From contig JAUPSS010000004.1 in NCBI GenBank assembly GCA_040285825.1, positions 1,364,001-1,428,000 of the forward strand: a stretch of DNA of 64,000 nucleotides, in the 5' to 3' direction. Positions 49,177 to 62,575 of the stretch are shown here, piece by piece. Numbering within the stretch: the first letter of the stretch is position 1; the number at the start of each line of letters is the position of its first letter. Origin of the DNA: Eukaryota sp. TZLM1-RC. Lineage: Eukaryota; Protista; Metamonada: BaSk clade. The translations under genes and the position numbers were made by a program. Under the pieces are notes generated by a model, which ran no database searches, was not told where the DNA came from, and saw only the letters and a list, made by a program, of their open reading frames with translations.

Positions 49177-49689
49177 ATGTCCAACCCCTCCTTCCTTACT
49201 GAAACATCACTTAAAACACCTCCAAACACATCTCCTACACTTACTTCCAATATCTCAAAAACTCCATCACGATCTCTTGTTCTTCCACGTTCATCTTCTT
49301 CCACACCACGTTCTACAACACTCCCTGAACAACTACGTAATCACAGGATACAATTCTTGAAAAAAGAAAAACAGCGCCAAATCAATCTCATCAGAGAAGA
49401 ACGAGAAAGAGAAAAGGAAACACTACGTCTTCAGAAAGCTCACGAATTGGATCAGCTCAGCTCCAAGCTCCACTCAATCCATACCAAACGACACCACGAT
49501 AGCAGGTTACATTCAATGCTGTATGAGGAAAAGATAAAAAGTAGAAATGCCACAGTCCAAGCCATCAAGTCGTTGAAACAAAGTAAGCACACAGTAGTGC
49601 CGGTGCTGCCAAACTTGGCTCAATTTGAATCACTTACACCAAGACCAACTCCAAGATCATGTGGTGGTTTTTATTTGAATAGAGGGTAA
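49177..49689 (+). CDS. Hypothetical protein (S/T/P-rich N-terminus, coiled coil)
   Basis: 170-aa ORF with coding-like composition, followed by TGTAAATAAA. Confidence 0.65.
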   Translation: MSNPSFLTETSLKTPPNTSPTLTSNISKTPSRSLVLPRSSSSTPRSTTLPEQLRNHRIQFLKKEKQRQINLIREEREREKETLRLQKAHELDQLSSKLHSIHTKRHHDSRLHSMLYEEKIKSRNATVQAIKSLKQSKHTVVPVLPNLAQFESLTPRPTPRSCGGFYLNRG

Positions 49690-50309
49690 GTGACACGTCA
49701 TGATGTGTGTACGTGATGTAAATAAATGTATTTTATTATTATTGTTTCCGTGATTATGTTTTTTTAGTTTGAACTATTATTTCACCGCGAATGTGGCAAA
49801 AATTTGCTGATTTTCTAGAAAATTTGTTGTTTAAAAACAATATTCTATGAATCTGCACCGTCTATTGAAAATAAATAACAACTGAGGGGACAAAACCAAG
49901 ATTTCGTCTGCAATATCCTAATCTGATTGTTTTCTTGCCATTGTTACTCTTATCGAGGTGAATATCCTGGTTTTTATTTCGATATATCTTTAAGTTGAAT
50001 CAACGAACAAGAACAGAAATGGTTATTGATAATCTAATTATTAGCCATTCAGCTGGTCGAATAGTAGATAATACTGTACGAAATGTATATCATAATAGTA
50101 AAAGTTTAAGCCGTGAGAATCACCTACTGCTCAACTTAATCCCAGTCAATATGCAGCTTGTATCACCCCAGAATGTCTGCCTGCTCTTGCAGCTCAAGTC
50201 TTCTCATAATGACTGTACTGTTTGCATTAATAAAATTAATTTAATAAATTAATGTTTGGTCATTGAATCATAAAAAATTAGAATAAGATTAAAAAAATTA
50301 AGAAATTAA

Positions 50310-51440
50310 GAATTTTATTACTTTCCGTTCAAAAGTTCATGATGCAGAAAGACATCAGCTCTATTGTATGTCAAAATCACATAAAACTCTTTCCTATTTA
50401 GAACCATTACTTTCCCGTTTGGTTGATGAAGATACTTTGAATTCGTTTGGTCGAAATAGAGGTGATTTAATGCTTGAAGGTCTTGAAGGTACTACCATTA
50501 TTACAGATGTGAGATCAACTGATGTATGTAATTATTCTTTTATTCCAATGGCTCAATCAAAACATAGGGACCCCTTAATTGTTTCCTAAAAAGCCAAAAT
50601 TGACAAATATAAAGCAAAATTGTTATCCTTGAATGCAAAATCGCATACTCGCTATGTCCTCTGCCCATTTGCAGTTTCCCTTTATGGAACGCTTGGACCT
50701 CTTGCTTTATCTTTTTTGGATGATTTTGTTTAATTGTGAAACAGCGTACTGGAAGAGTTTTTGACAAGAGTTTTTGGCAAAACAGAATTGTATTTTCAAT
50801 TTTCAAAGGTGTTGTTCCCTTATTATCTTCAGCTTTGTCACTCTTGGACGCGTTTACGAAAGAAAAACCTCCAGTCAATTCTTCTTGGCTGACTGGGGTT
50901 ATGAAGACATAAAATTTTAAGCTGGTCGTATAGTTTGTTTTTTATTGGAAGAAATAAACAAATAGTCAAAAAAAGAAATTTGTTTGGTGGCAGCTGTGGC
51001 GATGTGCTAGTTCCCGGACTTAATCGATCAATGATCGTTATTGATGTCAGATCTACTGATGTAATAAACACTTCAAATGAAAAACTGGCACCATCTCATA
51101 ATTGACCTATACGTAGTGCTGAAGAAGCGAAATTATCAAGTATACAGAAATAATCAATATTTTGAATTCTAACTCAACATACTCAACACCTTCTCTGTCA
51201 TATTGCTTTCTCTTTATTTGGAACCTTGGGTAAAATTGCATTATCTATTTTGAACAACTTTTCATCTAATTTCAAAAATGGAACTAGAAGATTATTAGAC
51301 CGAACCTTTTGGCAAAGCAGAATTGATGTTTTTATTTCTAATGGAATGTATAGATTTGTTTTTAGCTCCTTGTCATCACTAGGAAGATTTTCTAAAAACA
51401 GCTGAAGCCAAATTTTCAATAGTGGACGTGAAGTTTGAAT
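50310..51440 (+). mobile_element. Two consecutive decayed RLE 3' fragments from further families (about 50310-50900 and 50980-51440)
   Basis: RSKVHDA..LEPLLSRL..RGDLML..DVRSTDV..FWQNRIVF, then a second GDVLVPG..DVRSTDV..FWQSRI. Confidence 0.78.
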
Positions 51441-52735
51441 AAATATTTTTTTTAGTTTTAAGAAATTTTGCTTGAATAAAATACAATCTAGATCTGACAT
51501 AATTTTAAGCAGTCGAATATCACTAATGACAAATAAAACTAAACAGTAAATAATTAAATGATTACTCTTTTAAAGATTCAATAAATGGGATTATAATACT
51601 AAAGTCAGACGCAGGAAATGATATATCTAATGATTGTTTATTAAATTCAGAATTCGGAAGAAATAAATAAAATTTTATTTTATTTTTATTTATTTTTGGC
51701 ACAATTTTAGCTGTCAAAAACAGAAATTTCATTTTTTTCATCGTTTTAACATCACTTTTCGTCAGAAAATAGATGATCAAGATGCTTGTGTTTTCGATTA
51801 TTCTATTTTTGATCTTTAGCTTTTTAAATAACATAATATAAAGTATTGTTTCCTGAATGGATATCAAAATTAAATAAATTAAAACTTTATTTTTTTCTTC
51901 AGTGTTTGACATTTTGAAACCTAAAATATATATTCATTTATTTCCTTCTGATACCTGCTTAAATTCAAATAATTTCTCCAAATCATATCTATTATATGAG
52001 TGGTAAGTTAGATGTTTTTAATTGGTTAATTCAATAATTATCAATAACGATCCGGTAGTTGAATATCCACAATCAATAGTCAAGGAAGTCAGTGTTTTTT
52101 ATTTGGAAAAATATTTTAAATCTACATAAAAAAATTAATTGATTATATTTTCAAAATTGTTAAAATCTAAAACCGTTTAACGCTCTATGGTTTCAAAGCT
52201 TGAAGGTTTTTAAATACTTAAGTTAAATATTCAAATTTGATAAATTGAAAAGATAATTTGATTACTCCATCGTATATAAAATGACATAGTATGACATTTA
52301 GACAAGTATATTTCTTTTCATTTATATCTATCAATGGATGATGCAGGTGTACCACGATTAACCATAAAACAAGAAGTCAAACTCTTAAGCGATTTGAAAT
52401 CTAAATCATAATTAAGGTTATTAATATAAAAAGTATACTTATTGACTACCTTTGAAACATAATTTGATAGTTTGGAAGAATCAACATGTGTTCTTAGTTC
52501 AAATGAATCTTGGTTGGACCAAATAAAGATAAACTTCTTCTTAATAATTTGTTTAAAAAATTAAACTATTTTTCCCTAAATCAATTTCATAGATGGCAAT
52601 AACGCTGTTTATTTCCTCAATTTCTTTACGAAGAACAGTGTGATACAGGTTTTTAAATTAAATTAGAAAAATTAATAATTGTTATCTTCATAATGACAAA
52701 CGCAAAAGTGATCAAACAGTGTATCTGCCACTGTT

Positions 52736-53278
52736 TTACGTTGCATTGGTTGACCAATTTCTGTGAAAATCAAAATCTATTAATAGTTTCCTTAAGCATT
52801 GAAGAACGTCTCTATGTTTACGTTCTACAAGCCCATTACTTTTTGAATAGTGGGGAATTGAGTTACTCATCTCAATCGCTGATCTGTTACACACTATTTT
52901 GAAAGTCTCATTGGCGAACTCAGGTCCATTATCGCTATGAATTGACATAGGTATGCTAAAGAATGCGCAAACATTCCAAATTAAGGCATCTGCGGTTTCT
53001 AAGGCATGGAGTTCTTTTAAAGGGACTAAGATTGTATATCCAGTAAAAGAGTCTACAAATACTAATAGATATTTATTTCCTTCGATGTCAGAATTTAGGG
53101 GTCCAATTGTATCGACGTTTGATCTGGCAAAAGGACGATCTGCCCATAAAGATCCTGTGGAAGGTGTTTTTGATCTTTTAACTGGAGCCGTTGTTTGACA
53201 AGTTGGGCATCTTTTGACATGATTAATGAGGTCCTTTCTCATATTAGGCCAGTAGAAATTGAAAAAAATTGTGTCCAA
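52736..53278 (-). mobile_element. Ty3/Gypsy-type integrase fragment
   Basis: FYWPNM..CPTCQ zinc-binding segment; DTIGPL, HSDNGPEF and NGLVER supply the DDE triad; no LTRs or RT seen. Confidence 0.88.
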
Positions 53279-53437
53279 AACGAATTTTCAACTAAAAAAT
53301 AAAAACAATTACATCCAGATATCAATTGGTTTAGTTTTGAAGGAGATAATTATCAGGATGAAAAAAACTCTCTAATTGTAGTTCCGTTCGTTCCTGCACA
53401 CGGTAGTTTGGACAATATGGCTTTATGTCAATCCACT

Positions 53438-55665
53438 TCAATGGAAATTCAATGGATTAGTTCTGTTTTCGTCATTCTCAACAACAATTGCATATTGAAT
53501 AAACCATGGAAAACAAGATAATTCCAGTGAATACCCATTCTCAATTACCTCAACAGATTTAATTAAACCCTGAAGAATAAGATTTGTTGGAGATAGTGAA
53601 GACCAAAACAATTTATATTTATCAGGTTTAATCAATTGAATAAGCTTCAAAGAGGGAAAGTTTTGTTCAGTGATATTGGTAGGAATTGCTTTAAGAATAA
53701 TCAATTCCTTAATGTTTGGTGATTGAATTTCAATATTAACAGGGTCATTCAACCAAATACCCAATCTAACGATGGATTGAGGCAAATGAATTGGTGATTT
53801 TAATGAACTTTGTGAAATATCACCAAATAATACCAGCTCTTTTAATGATGTAAGATAGCTTAAATCAATAACCTCAATGTGACGATAATTGAGCACCAAC
53901 TTCACTAGTGAAGGGGGTAATTGTTCTATATTGAGTGAACAATTAAGCTCCAGAAACTTGAGATTGGATAAATGTATCAAGTTTAAGGATATCCTTCTAT
54001 TATGTCTTAACCCACTTTCTGCTCCACCAAGCTTAACAACCTCAAGATTTGGGAAAAATGACAATAATTGTTGATCATAATCAAGTTCATCACAGTAAAA
54101 ATCAAGTTTTTTAATTCAATTCTAGTATTAATTACTTTAGGACCATTATAATCAGTAGATATTCGCAATTGTGAATCACAAATATTTTCGTTTAATTTTA
54201 AATCTTCAGGATTTTTTAAAAATTCTAAACCATCAATTACTTGTTTAGCAAATTTAGCCACTTTCTTGCTAATTGAACATTTGATATAGAATCTGACTTT
54301 TGTATAAGGATGGTTACCAAACAAATTCTTCAAATATTGTAAATATTCAAAGTAAATTAATTTGATTAGACCACTAAACATGCTATCCAAAGGTTGTGTT
54401 GAATAATGAAAAGTACCAAGTATTTCTGAACCAAATACTTTGACAGGTTGCGGTCGACCAATCAAATCACCTGTACCTAATTGACCTGCATAGTTCCTTC
54501 CCCAAGCCCAAACAGTGTTTTTGTTGTAGGTGAAAATGAAGTCATCACCTACTGAAATACCTTCTACATTATCGAAAGCTTCAATCATTAGGGGTTCAGC
54601 AGTGTTCTTATACAAATCACTGATTCTACTCAAATCACCCCAAACAAAAACTTTACCATTGTTGTCAATGGCAGAAGAAACACCATTTTGACCATCAATA
54701 AAAACAAGATTACTTAACCCTTAAACCTTGGTGGGTTTGTTATTGAAAGTTATTAAAACACAAACCCTTATCAAACTCCCAAACATCACCATCAATGTCG
54801 ATAACGAATAGCCGATTAAGCAAAAATGACTCCTGAACACTCTCTGTGGGAGTTAAGTATTTGGTGATTGGTAATTTAAAGATTTTAATTTAAAGAAGAC
54901 GTGGAAGCTTTTCCACGACTTCTGTAATCCAGTAATAGAAATCGCCATTTTGTTCAAGTGCTACAAAAGCGTTATTACTGACAGAAATATAAACAATAAT
55001 GTTTAATTGTTCCCAATTCATCCTATCACTTTAGAAAAGTAATTGAAAGTGACTTCATATGTGATCTTCCGTCATTACAACCACAGCCATACAATTTGTC
55101 TTCAGAAGTTAGGGCATATGATTGAGAACTAAAAGCTGAAATGTTTACCACATTATTTAATGGTAATCTGATTGGTGATTTGATAGGATCAGGTTGATAA
55201 AACTTGACCACCTTGATCATTCCTACCACAGCCATAAACCTCACCAGAATGGGTGAGGAGAAGTGTGTGGACATCACCCACAGAAATGGACTCAACCCCA
55301 AACACTTTTTCCGATCGATCGGGAAAGTGTGCTAATTCTTGGTCAATTGGGGCAGGGTATTCTATTGTATGATCTGAGGAGGAAGGTTGTAAAAGATATC
55401 CATCATGCGCAATTGAATCTGGTTTTAGGTCGGCCTGTGGATCAGAAGGATGGGGAGGAGAAATAGATTGAGGAGAACTAGACGGCAAGTCGAACGGTGG
55501 ACAGTGATCAAATGCGCAATGAGAGGGAGAATGTAAATCTTCATCAACAGTGGAGGAGAGTTCCGTGGTGGTTACGAAGGAGTCCTGGGAGACATCGAAA
55601 ACGGGTTGTGGGGAGTAGTTAGCACACTTGATAATAAAAAAACTCTTATTGAAGAGTGACAACAT
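53438..55665 (-). pseudogene. RCC1-repeat + LRR family gene with frameshifts and stops
   Basis: SVGDVHTLLLTHSGEVYGCGRN, VWAWGRNYAGQLGTGD and LRRs split over 4 ORFs; paralogue of 38030-43373. Confidence 0.85.
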
Positions 55666-55831
55666 GTTGCTATGAGCCAGAACTTAAAATACGTTTATTA
55701 AAAAAAATAATTTACTTTATTAACAAATGGTAAAACTTCCGGTGAGTGAAAGTTTTATTGCTAACCATAAACTTTAAAAATGAATAATTGAAACAAACTA
55801 TGAACAATTTTGAGAAACATTTACAAAAAAA

Positions 55832-56547
55832 CTATAAAATAGAACATTGATACCATTTTTTGCTGCTACGTTGCTGCTGGTGTTCCAATGCAATTATTTG
55901 ATTAACCTTGGTCGCGTCATCAGTTTCCTTTGTGAAATCTTCGTAATCATCTTCCTCTTCACCATTCTCCTCAAGAAGAGCGTAGTAACGTAGGGCGAGA
56001 TACTCAAACACTAAAGTCAAACTAAAAGGTACATACCATCAGTAACATTGGCATTATCAAGCGCAGAGGTGCGGAACAGTGATACCCCTAGTTCCTCGGC
56101 CTTTTGCATTGCTTCTTCCTCAGTGACGACTGAGCTGTCAACCAGATCAATTTTGTTCTGCACCAGTGCTATCGGCAGGGATTCATCACAATGTGAGTGT
56201 ATTTTGCTGACCCAAGAGACTACATTGTCAAAACTAGCCCTGTTGTCAGTGGCAAAAACAACAAGAGCACCCTATGGTAAGGCGTTCTGAAGCTATCAAA
56301 CCTGGGCTCCACGGTAATACTGGGAGGTGAGACTATCGTATTCCTCTTGTCCTGCAGTATCGTATACACTGAAAACAATTTCTTTGTCAAGGGATTCTAC
56401 GTATTGTGTTTTTTCAATAAAGTCAACAGCAAGAGTTTTCTTGTAGTCAGCAGTGAAATGACCATTGCAGAAACGTTGAGCAAGAGAAGTTTTGCCAACA
56501 GTACCGTTACCGACTGCTATAATTTTAAGAGTATTGTCAAAGTCCAT
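55832..56547 (-). CDS. RAB23: Rab23 small GTPase, 3 exons; introns 56272-56301 (30 nt) and 56011-56036 (26 nt)
   Basis: GNGTVGKTS, RFC.G.FT.DYKKT..VDF.E, DTAGQEE, YYRGAQ, QNKID, RTSA, C-terminal CSIL; splicing keeps frame. Confidence 0.88.
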
Positions 56548-57079
56548 GAGGGGTTGTGGGATGTATAATATAGTTATAAAGAGGGGGGAACTAAGTAATG
56601 GGGAAAAAATTAATTCAAAATATTATCTCTTAAAGAATAATAAATGAATAGAATTAATTAAATCTTTATTTGTTGGTACTTAAATCTAATCAAAAACATT
56701 GTTATCAACAACAACATTAGATTATTATTTTGAAGTTGGCAAAAGATTTGACATAATTCATTCTAATATTATAAACAAGATCCAATGACGATTAAGGAAT
56801 TACTTCGTCGTCAATCAAACCAGTGACGTGTCATGTGCCGTCAAAATCTACAAGGAACTAGATGGTTCCACTATAGGCCAAACTGGTAATCGAATTGATC
56901 GTTAACACTTCGTCTATTTAAAGAAGAATAAAAATCTAATTTTTTATTTTGAAAAATTGGCCAACAATAATTACAATTAAAAATAACTAGATAAATTTTG
57001 CGAAAACTGAATTTAATAAAGATATGTGATTTTTCAATTCAAATTATCAATATTTATTTTCCACGTAATTACTGAACAC

Positions 57080-57550
57080 AACAAATCAAATTAAAATACA
57101 TAAGAAACAAAATTCTTTACCAAAACTTTGAATGAATTACTTATTCAGCTTGGACATCATTAAATTAGAAAATTTGGAAACACTTCCATACAAAGCAAAA
57201 TGATACGGTTTTACCATAAATACCCAGTAAAATTCTTACCACTTGAACGACAAGTATTAGCAAAATCTAATAAAAATTCAGAAAATTCAAACCAGACTGA
57301 CCAACGTTACCAAAAACCGAGAAGGCAAAAGGAACAAAAGAAAACATCGAGTAAAGGTTCTTATTAAATCATTCAATAACTCAGCATATTTGTCTCGTTT
57401 ACCAACCTCAGCCTTGTTCAAGTGGCCATTAGAACATCATCACGGTAAATTGAAGCAAATGGATCAACAGTAGTAAATTCAACAACAACTTGAGAGGAAT
57501 TTTACAAAAGGACCAATTAAATCACCATGACGAGAATTAAACAAATTGTT
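57080..57550 (-). mobile_element. Decayed RLE family D 3' fragment
   Basis: Collinear nucleotide similarity to 6330-6790. Confidence 0.8.
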
Positions 57551-58139
57551 GACGCTCTAATTTTCAATTCAAATGGATAATTCACACATTGCTTGTCTTT
57601 TCAGTCAATTAATAAATTCATGATGTTATTCACCAACAAAATACTTGTTGATACGTGAAAAACTATGCCCAAATAAATGGAAAGCTGTTACTCAAAAGCA
57701 AAAATTAGCATCACCTTGGCCTTTCTCAGATGTGATCCATGATCAATACTTTCTCGGATGAAGCGAAACATTACGGTACATTGTCCTTGAATTTTCACGT
57801 TAAAATGCACATTGTCTTTGAACAATGATAAAATATGCATTCATCCATTTGAATAAAAGTCACATATGGCATGTAGACGTGCTCTCGAATATTCCACTTC
57901 TTCATAAGCATTATTAGGGGAAATGTATTCAAATACAGGGTGTTTGCTACCAGGCCATGGTATTTGGAACAAAGAAAGGAGAAGGGAATAATGAAATGAA
58001 TTTGACTACCAAGAAAACCATTGTGGTGGTGTTTGATCACTGATTTGAATGCGTTTTAAATTATTCAATTATCCAGATGCCATTGCAATTTTAGTCCACT
58101 TTTACCCCAATTTTGTATTCAATATTCAGCAACACTTGA

Positions 58140-59351
58140 ATGCCAACCCTTAACAACCCAACTCTTAATATATCCTTGAGCAAGGTTCACTCTAATGCTA
58201 AGATAATCTTGAACATCTGCCGAAAACACAACATTGAGCCTTGTGCTGTCACTAAAGGTGTTTGTGCTGACATCAAGATCGCTGAAGCACTCGTGAATGC
58301 TGGTTTCAATATGTTGGCGGATAGTCGTATGGAAAATCTCTTGGACTTAAGGATGGCGTTTCCCTCAATCAAGCTCTTGAATTTGCGTATCCCAATGATA
58401 AGTGAGATGGATCGTCTCGTTGAGACGGTGGATTATAGTATAATTTCGGAATGGGAATCTCTTATTGCCATGAATTCATCGGCCAAGAAATTCAACAAGG
58501 TCATGAAGGTTATTCCAATAATGGAACTTGGAGATCTCCGTGAAGGTATGCATGAAGAGGAGTTACTTGCATTGCTCCCTCATTTCGCTAATTACCACCC
58601 CAAACTTCACCCTAACTCAACAACGGTGTCTTCAGAGCTTGATGCACCTCTCAAAGACATTCAATCCAATAGGTGTAACCCTATAATTAACTCCAGTTGT
58701 AAGCTAGACAACATTTATCTTGCCGGAATAGCAGCGAACCACAAGTGTTTATCAGGAGTATTGCCGGATCACACTAACCTCGGCAAATTTGCTGAAATTG
58801 CAGACAAGGTTTGTTTTCGCTAACCCTAACCCTAGGTCAATAACCATTTTGATTTGGAAATTGTTTCTGGTGGCAATTCATCCGCATTCTACATGATGGA
58901 TTCTGGAAGTCTTCCTTCCATCATTAATAACTTACGCTTAGGAGAATCAGTGTTACTTGGCCGAGAACGAGCTTTTTGGAAACCCATTAGTGGTTGTTGT
59001 TCTGATGCCTTCACTATACATGCTGAAATAGTTGAACTCAAAAGTAAACAAAGTTTGCCCATAGGAACTATTGGAATGAATGCATTTGGGGAGACTCCTC
59101 CTCCTCCAAAAGATAAAGGTGTCATTAAGAGAGCAATTTTAGCAATAGGTGAGCAGGATATTGAATTTGAAAATTTGACTCCATTAGAGAACGGGGTTGA
59201 AATTTTGGGCGCGAGTTCAGATCATTTGATAGTCGATGTCAGTGGTTATAGGAGTAATCTGCGTATTGGAGATTCGTTAAGATTTGGTGTCAATTATTCC
59301 ACCATGATGAAGGCTTTTACTAGCAAATATGTAAATAAAAAGTATATTTAA
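58140..59351 (+). CDS. Ornithine/alanine racemase-family PLP enzyme (Orr/YhfX-like); intron 58809-58835 (27 nt)
   Basis: AVTK (PLP lysine), LADSR, LRIP, ELGDLREG, SGGNSS, NNLRLGE, AEIVELK.K.S.P.G, RAILAIG.QD, GASSDH; the intron joins the two ORFs in frame. Confidence 0.9.
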
Positions 59352-60155
59352 ATTTTAAAACAAGGTTTGTTTTTGTTTTTGTTGAACTGCAACCCTTAAT
59401 TATATTAACTCAGACCAATGCAGCCCAATTCACTAAACCATGAATTCCTCTACAATATCCTGATCGACTTGCCGTCTCCCTAATGATTTTTCCAATTTTA
59501 TATATTGTAATTGTGTATTTTATGTTTTCATATTTCTTATGAAATGAATAAAATGGTTTGATCTAAAATTTATACAAAAAATCGATGTAATCCATTAGTT
59601 ATGGCATAATGACTTCGTGACCATTACAAGTAGTTATCAACTCTTTTTGATGGTTTATGCTCAGGGGTCTGAATAATTGAATTGGCAATTAATTGTCACA
59701 GCCAAATTGAAACCAATCAGTTATTGCAATTATGTATGTACCACAGTAAAACTCATCTTTATAATAAAAAAACGAAACTATAAAAAGGATGATGAACAGT
59801 GGATCATTTCAGTTTTCTAATCAAACAACTCATCTTCTTCATTCCATTGACGTGATCATACAGTACGAAATACTGTCAAATCCATTACACTTTGTTTCAT
59901 TATAGTCCACATTATTGTTTTGTTGTGGGATAGATGAATGAGTAGGATGTTGATTTTTCAGTTGTTTAATAATCAAATATTATTAGTTTTATTTATTAGA
60001 AAACATGTAAATCAACAACTAAATAGCCCACTCCTAAATAATAATTAGAATTATATTTCAATAAAAATACAGTAAATAAAAAAATCCTTAAATAAAAGAT
60101 TTTCATTAATTTCAACTCCATCATATCTCATATCACATTTTTGTACTGTTAGTAG

Positions 60156-60755
60156 ATGGCAGACACACAAAATGATAACACTCCGGTACTAGAAGACCTC
60201 AAACGAGAGGACGATGGGTACAAGGCCAAGGACATCTCTCTTGAAGAAGCTCTCCAAGCCGACGCTGAAGATGAATCTCTTCGCAAATGGAAGGAGAGTC
60301 TTCTCACAGAGGCTGGTCCAATTGGAGGTTCCAAGGAAGTCAACCTGACGTCCTTCTCCCTCGTCTTTGGGGACGGACAAGCCCCCATCTCTGTCCCACT
60401 CAACGACCCTGCTGCCTTGGAAGAGCTGTCAAAAAACCCCATCATTTTGAAGGAAGGTATTGCCTTTAGATACAAAGTCACCTTTACTGTATCTGGGGAT
60501 ATTCTTTCTGGTCTCACCTTTTTAGCGTCCATCTACCGTCTCAAGATCCGTGCAGCGAAGCAGGAATATGTTTTAGGTTCTTATGCGCCACGTCAGAATG
60601 AACATGAAGTTGTGTTCCCAAGTGGTTTTGATGAGTATCTGTACACTCCTTCTGGTATTACAGGTAGGGGGACCTATTTAACTAGATGTGTTTTCACTGA
60701 TGATGATGGAAAAAAATATTTTGATTTTAGTTTTCACTTTAAGGTGGTCAAATAA
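60156..60755 (+). CDS. Rho GDP-dissociation inhibitor
   Basis: DAEDESLRKWKESLL, LKEG, LSGL, LGSYAP, PSG..GRGTY, FTDDD motifs. Confidence 0.95.
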   Translation: MADTQNDNTPVLEDLKREDDGYKAKDISLEEALQADAEDESLRKWKESLLTEAGPIGGSKEVNLTSFSLVFGDGQAPISVPLNDPAALEELSKNPIILKEGIAFRYKVTFTVSGDILSGLTFLASIYRLKIRAAKQEYVLGSYAPRQNEHEVVFPSGFDEYLYTPSGITGRGTYLTRCVFTDDDGKKYFDFSFHFKVVK

Positions 60756-61439
60756 GTGTGTATAGAATTGTAAAAAAAATAAATTGTTTCTTAAAACGGT
60801 TTTTCGGCAATAATTCGGTATTAGTGGTGTAAGGGTTTTGTAGTGGAATCATCAATGTCTGTTTTTATTGAGTGCCCGGCATCAAATTCAAAGCAATTAA
60901 GAACTTTATATTTATTCGGTGCTCAGCAATTATGCACTTCTCATCAGCACCATGCACTAACATAATTGAGATACAGAGAAGCGATTCTGTTTTGTGGTTC
61001 ATTTTTTCCAATAAAATTGATAAATTTCTCCAAAAAACTAAAGAACAATGTTCAAATTCTAAATCTTCATAACCCAAATTAGCCAATAAGAATTTACTGG
61101 AAGTTTTTCCTTCTTGAAAGCTACCAAGAGATAATATAGCCGAAATAAAAAGTGGACAATACCTTTAAAATTTAAAAACACAAATCTACTCTGCTAAAAC
61201 GTTTTGTCGAAAATTCTCCCTGTACGTTGATTTAAAATTCCGAAAAATCATCCAAAAAAGATAATGCAAGTGGTCGAAAAATGTAAAGTTGCTAAATATG
61301 CGAAATTCATTTCCTCAGTTGATGAAAAATCTCATGCCCAATATAATTTATGTCCCTTTGTTTTTCTTTGCTTGGATCACTAGGTAATGCTTCTTTGGCT
61401 TTCCTTGACGTTTTTGTTGTAGTTGCAAATAAAAGAACA

Positions 61440-62575
61440 GGAAGAATTTTTTAAATAAATATTGTAAATCTATTTTCAACGCTAGCAAAACATTAAACAA
61501 AAAACTAGAAGTCAATATCCTCAAAACACGCATCAACATCATTAAATCTTTTAAGCGCGCGATTTTCATACTATATTCCTAATTGTAACAGTGCTGTGGT
61601 CAACATTTCTGGAATTGCTTTAAGATTACTAAAAACAATTCTTGTGCCAGAAATTGAAGTTCAATTCTTTTCCTGCTCTTTCGTTTATTAAACTTCTGAA
61701 ACCTTCAAGAAATTTAATGCCAGATATTGCAATGTTACCAAAAAGAGAAACAGCAAATGGAACCAACTGATAATTGACATGCTCAACACGTCCTAGCTGA
61801 GATAAGGGTTCACTGTACTTTTTGATTTTGCTCTTTTCAGCAAAGCAAAGTGGAGTTTCATCTCTTTTAGCAAAGTCAATTGCTGAGTCTTTACAAACAT
61901 CAACAGTGACAACATCAACAACTTTAATAACACCATCAGACCCAGGGGTAATTAAATCAGCACGGCGTTTCCCAAAAATATTTTCGTCTTCATTTTCCGA
62001 TGACAACCTTCGCACATGTGGTTCAACAAAAGCTTCAATGTGATGACTTTTGCACATAGCGTATAGGTGGTCTCTAACAGCATCGTGAACAACTGAGCGA
62101 TATGTAATTATAAATTTGCAATTAAATCAATGATTCAGATTAATGAGCTGACCACAACGACAAATCAAATCATTTGGCACACTACATAGTCACTGAAAAC
62201 ACCTCATCCTGAAGGCAGTTGTCCATTGATGATCATTTAATTATAGACCATATACATTTGGAATCTGGGAAATAAGACAACGTGAGCTACTATCCTTGAG
62301 GTCAATTAAAAAGTTTGCAAAAACGGGATTCTTTTCTTTAGCCAAGCTAAGACGAACAGTGAAATCCAAGTTTTCAAAAACTTTTAATATCTTTTTTTTG
62401 CAATTTAGTATATGCAAATTTCAAGGAAATCATACTCCTGGGTGGAATTTCTTGAATATCAGCAGGAAAGCATTTGGACCATATGTGAGGAGAGATGCAT
62501 TCAATTTCACTCTGCAAGGACACTAAATAGTCACTAACACAACATTCTATTAAATGCTGGTTTTCAAGAAGAATT
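61440..62575 (-). mobile_element. 5'-truncated, disrupted RLE family C copy
   Basis: IWSKCFP..CRC..RSVVHDAVRD..EP..RRADLI; 3' part near-identical to 12480-13030. Confidence 0.88.
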
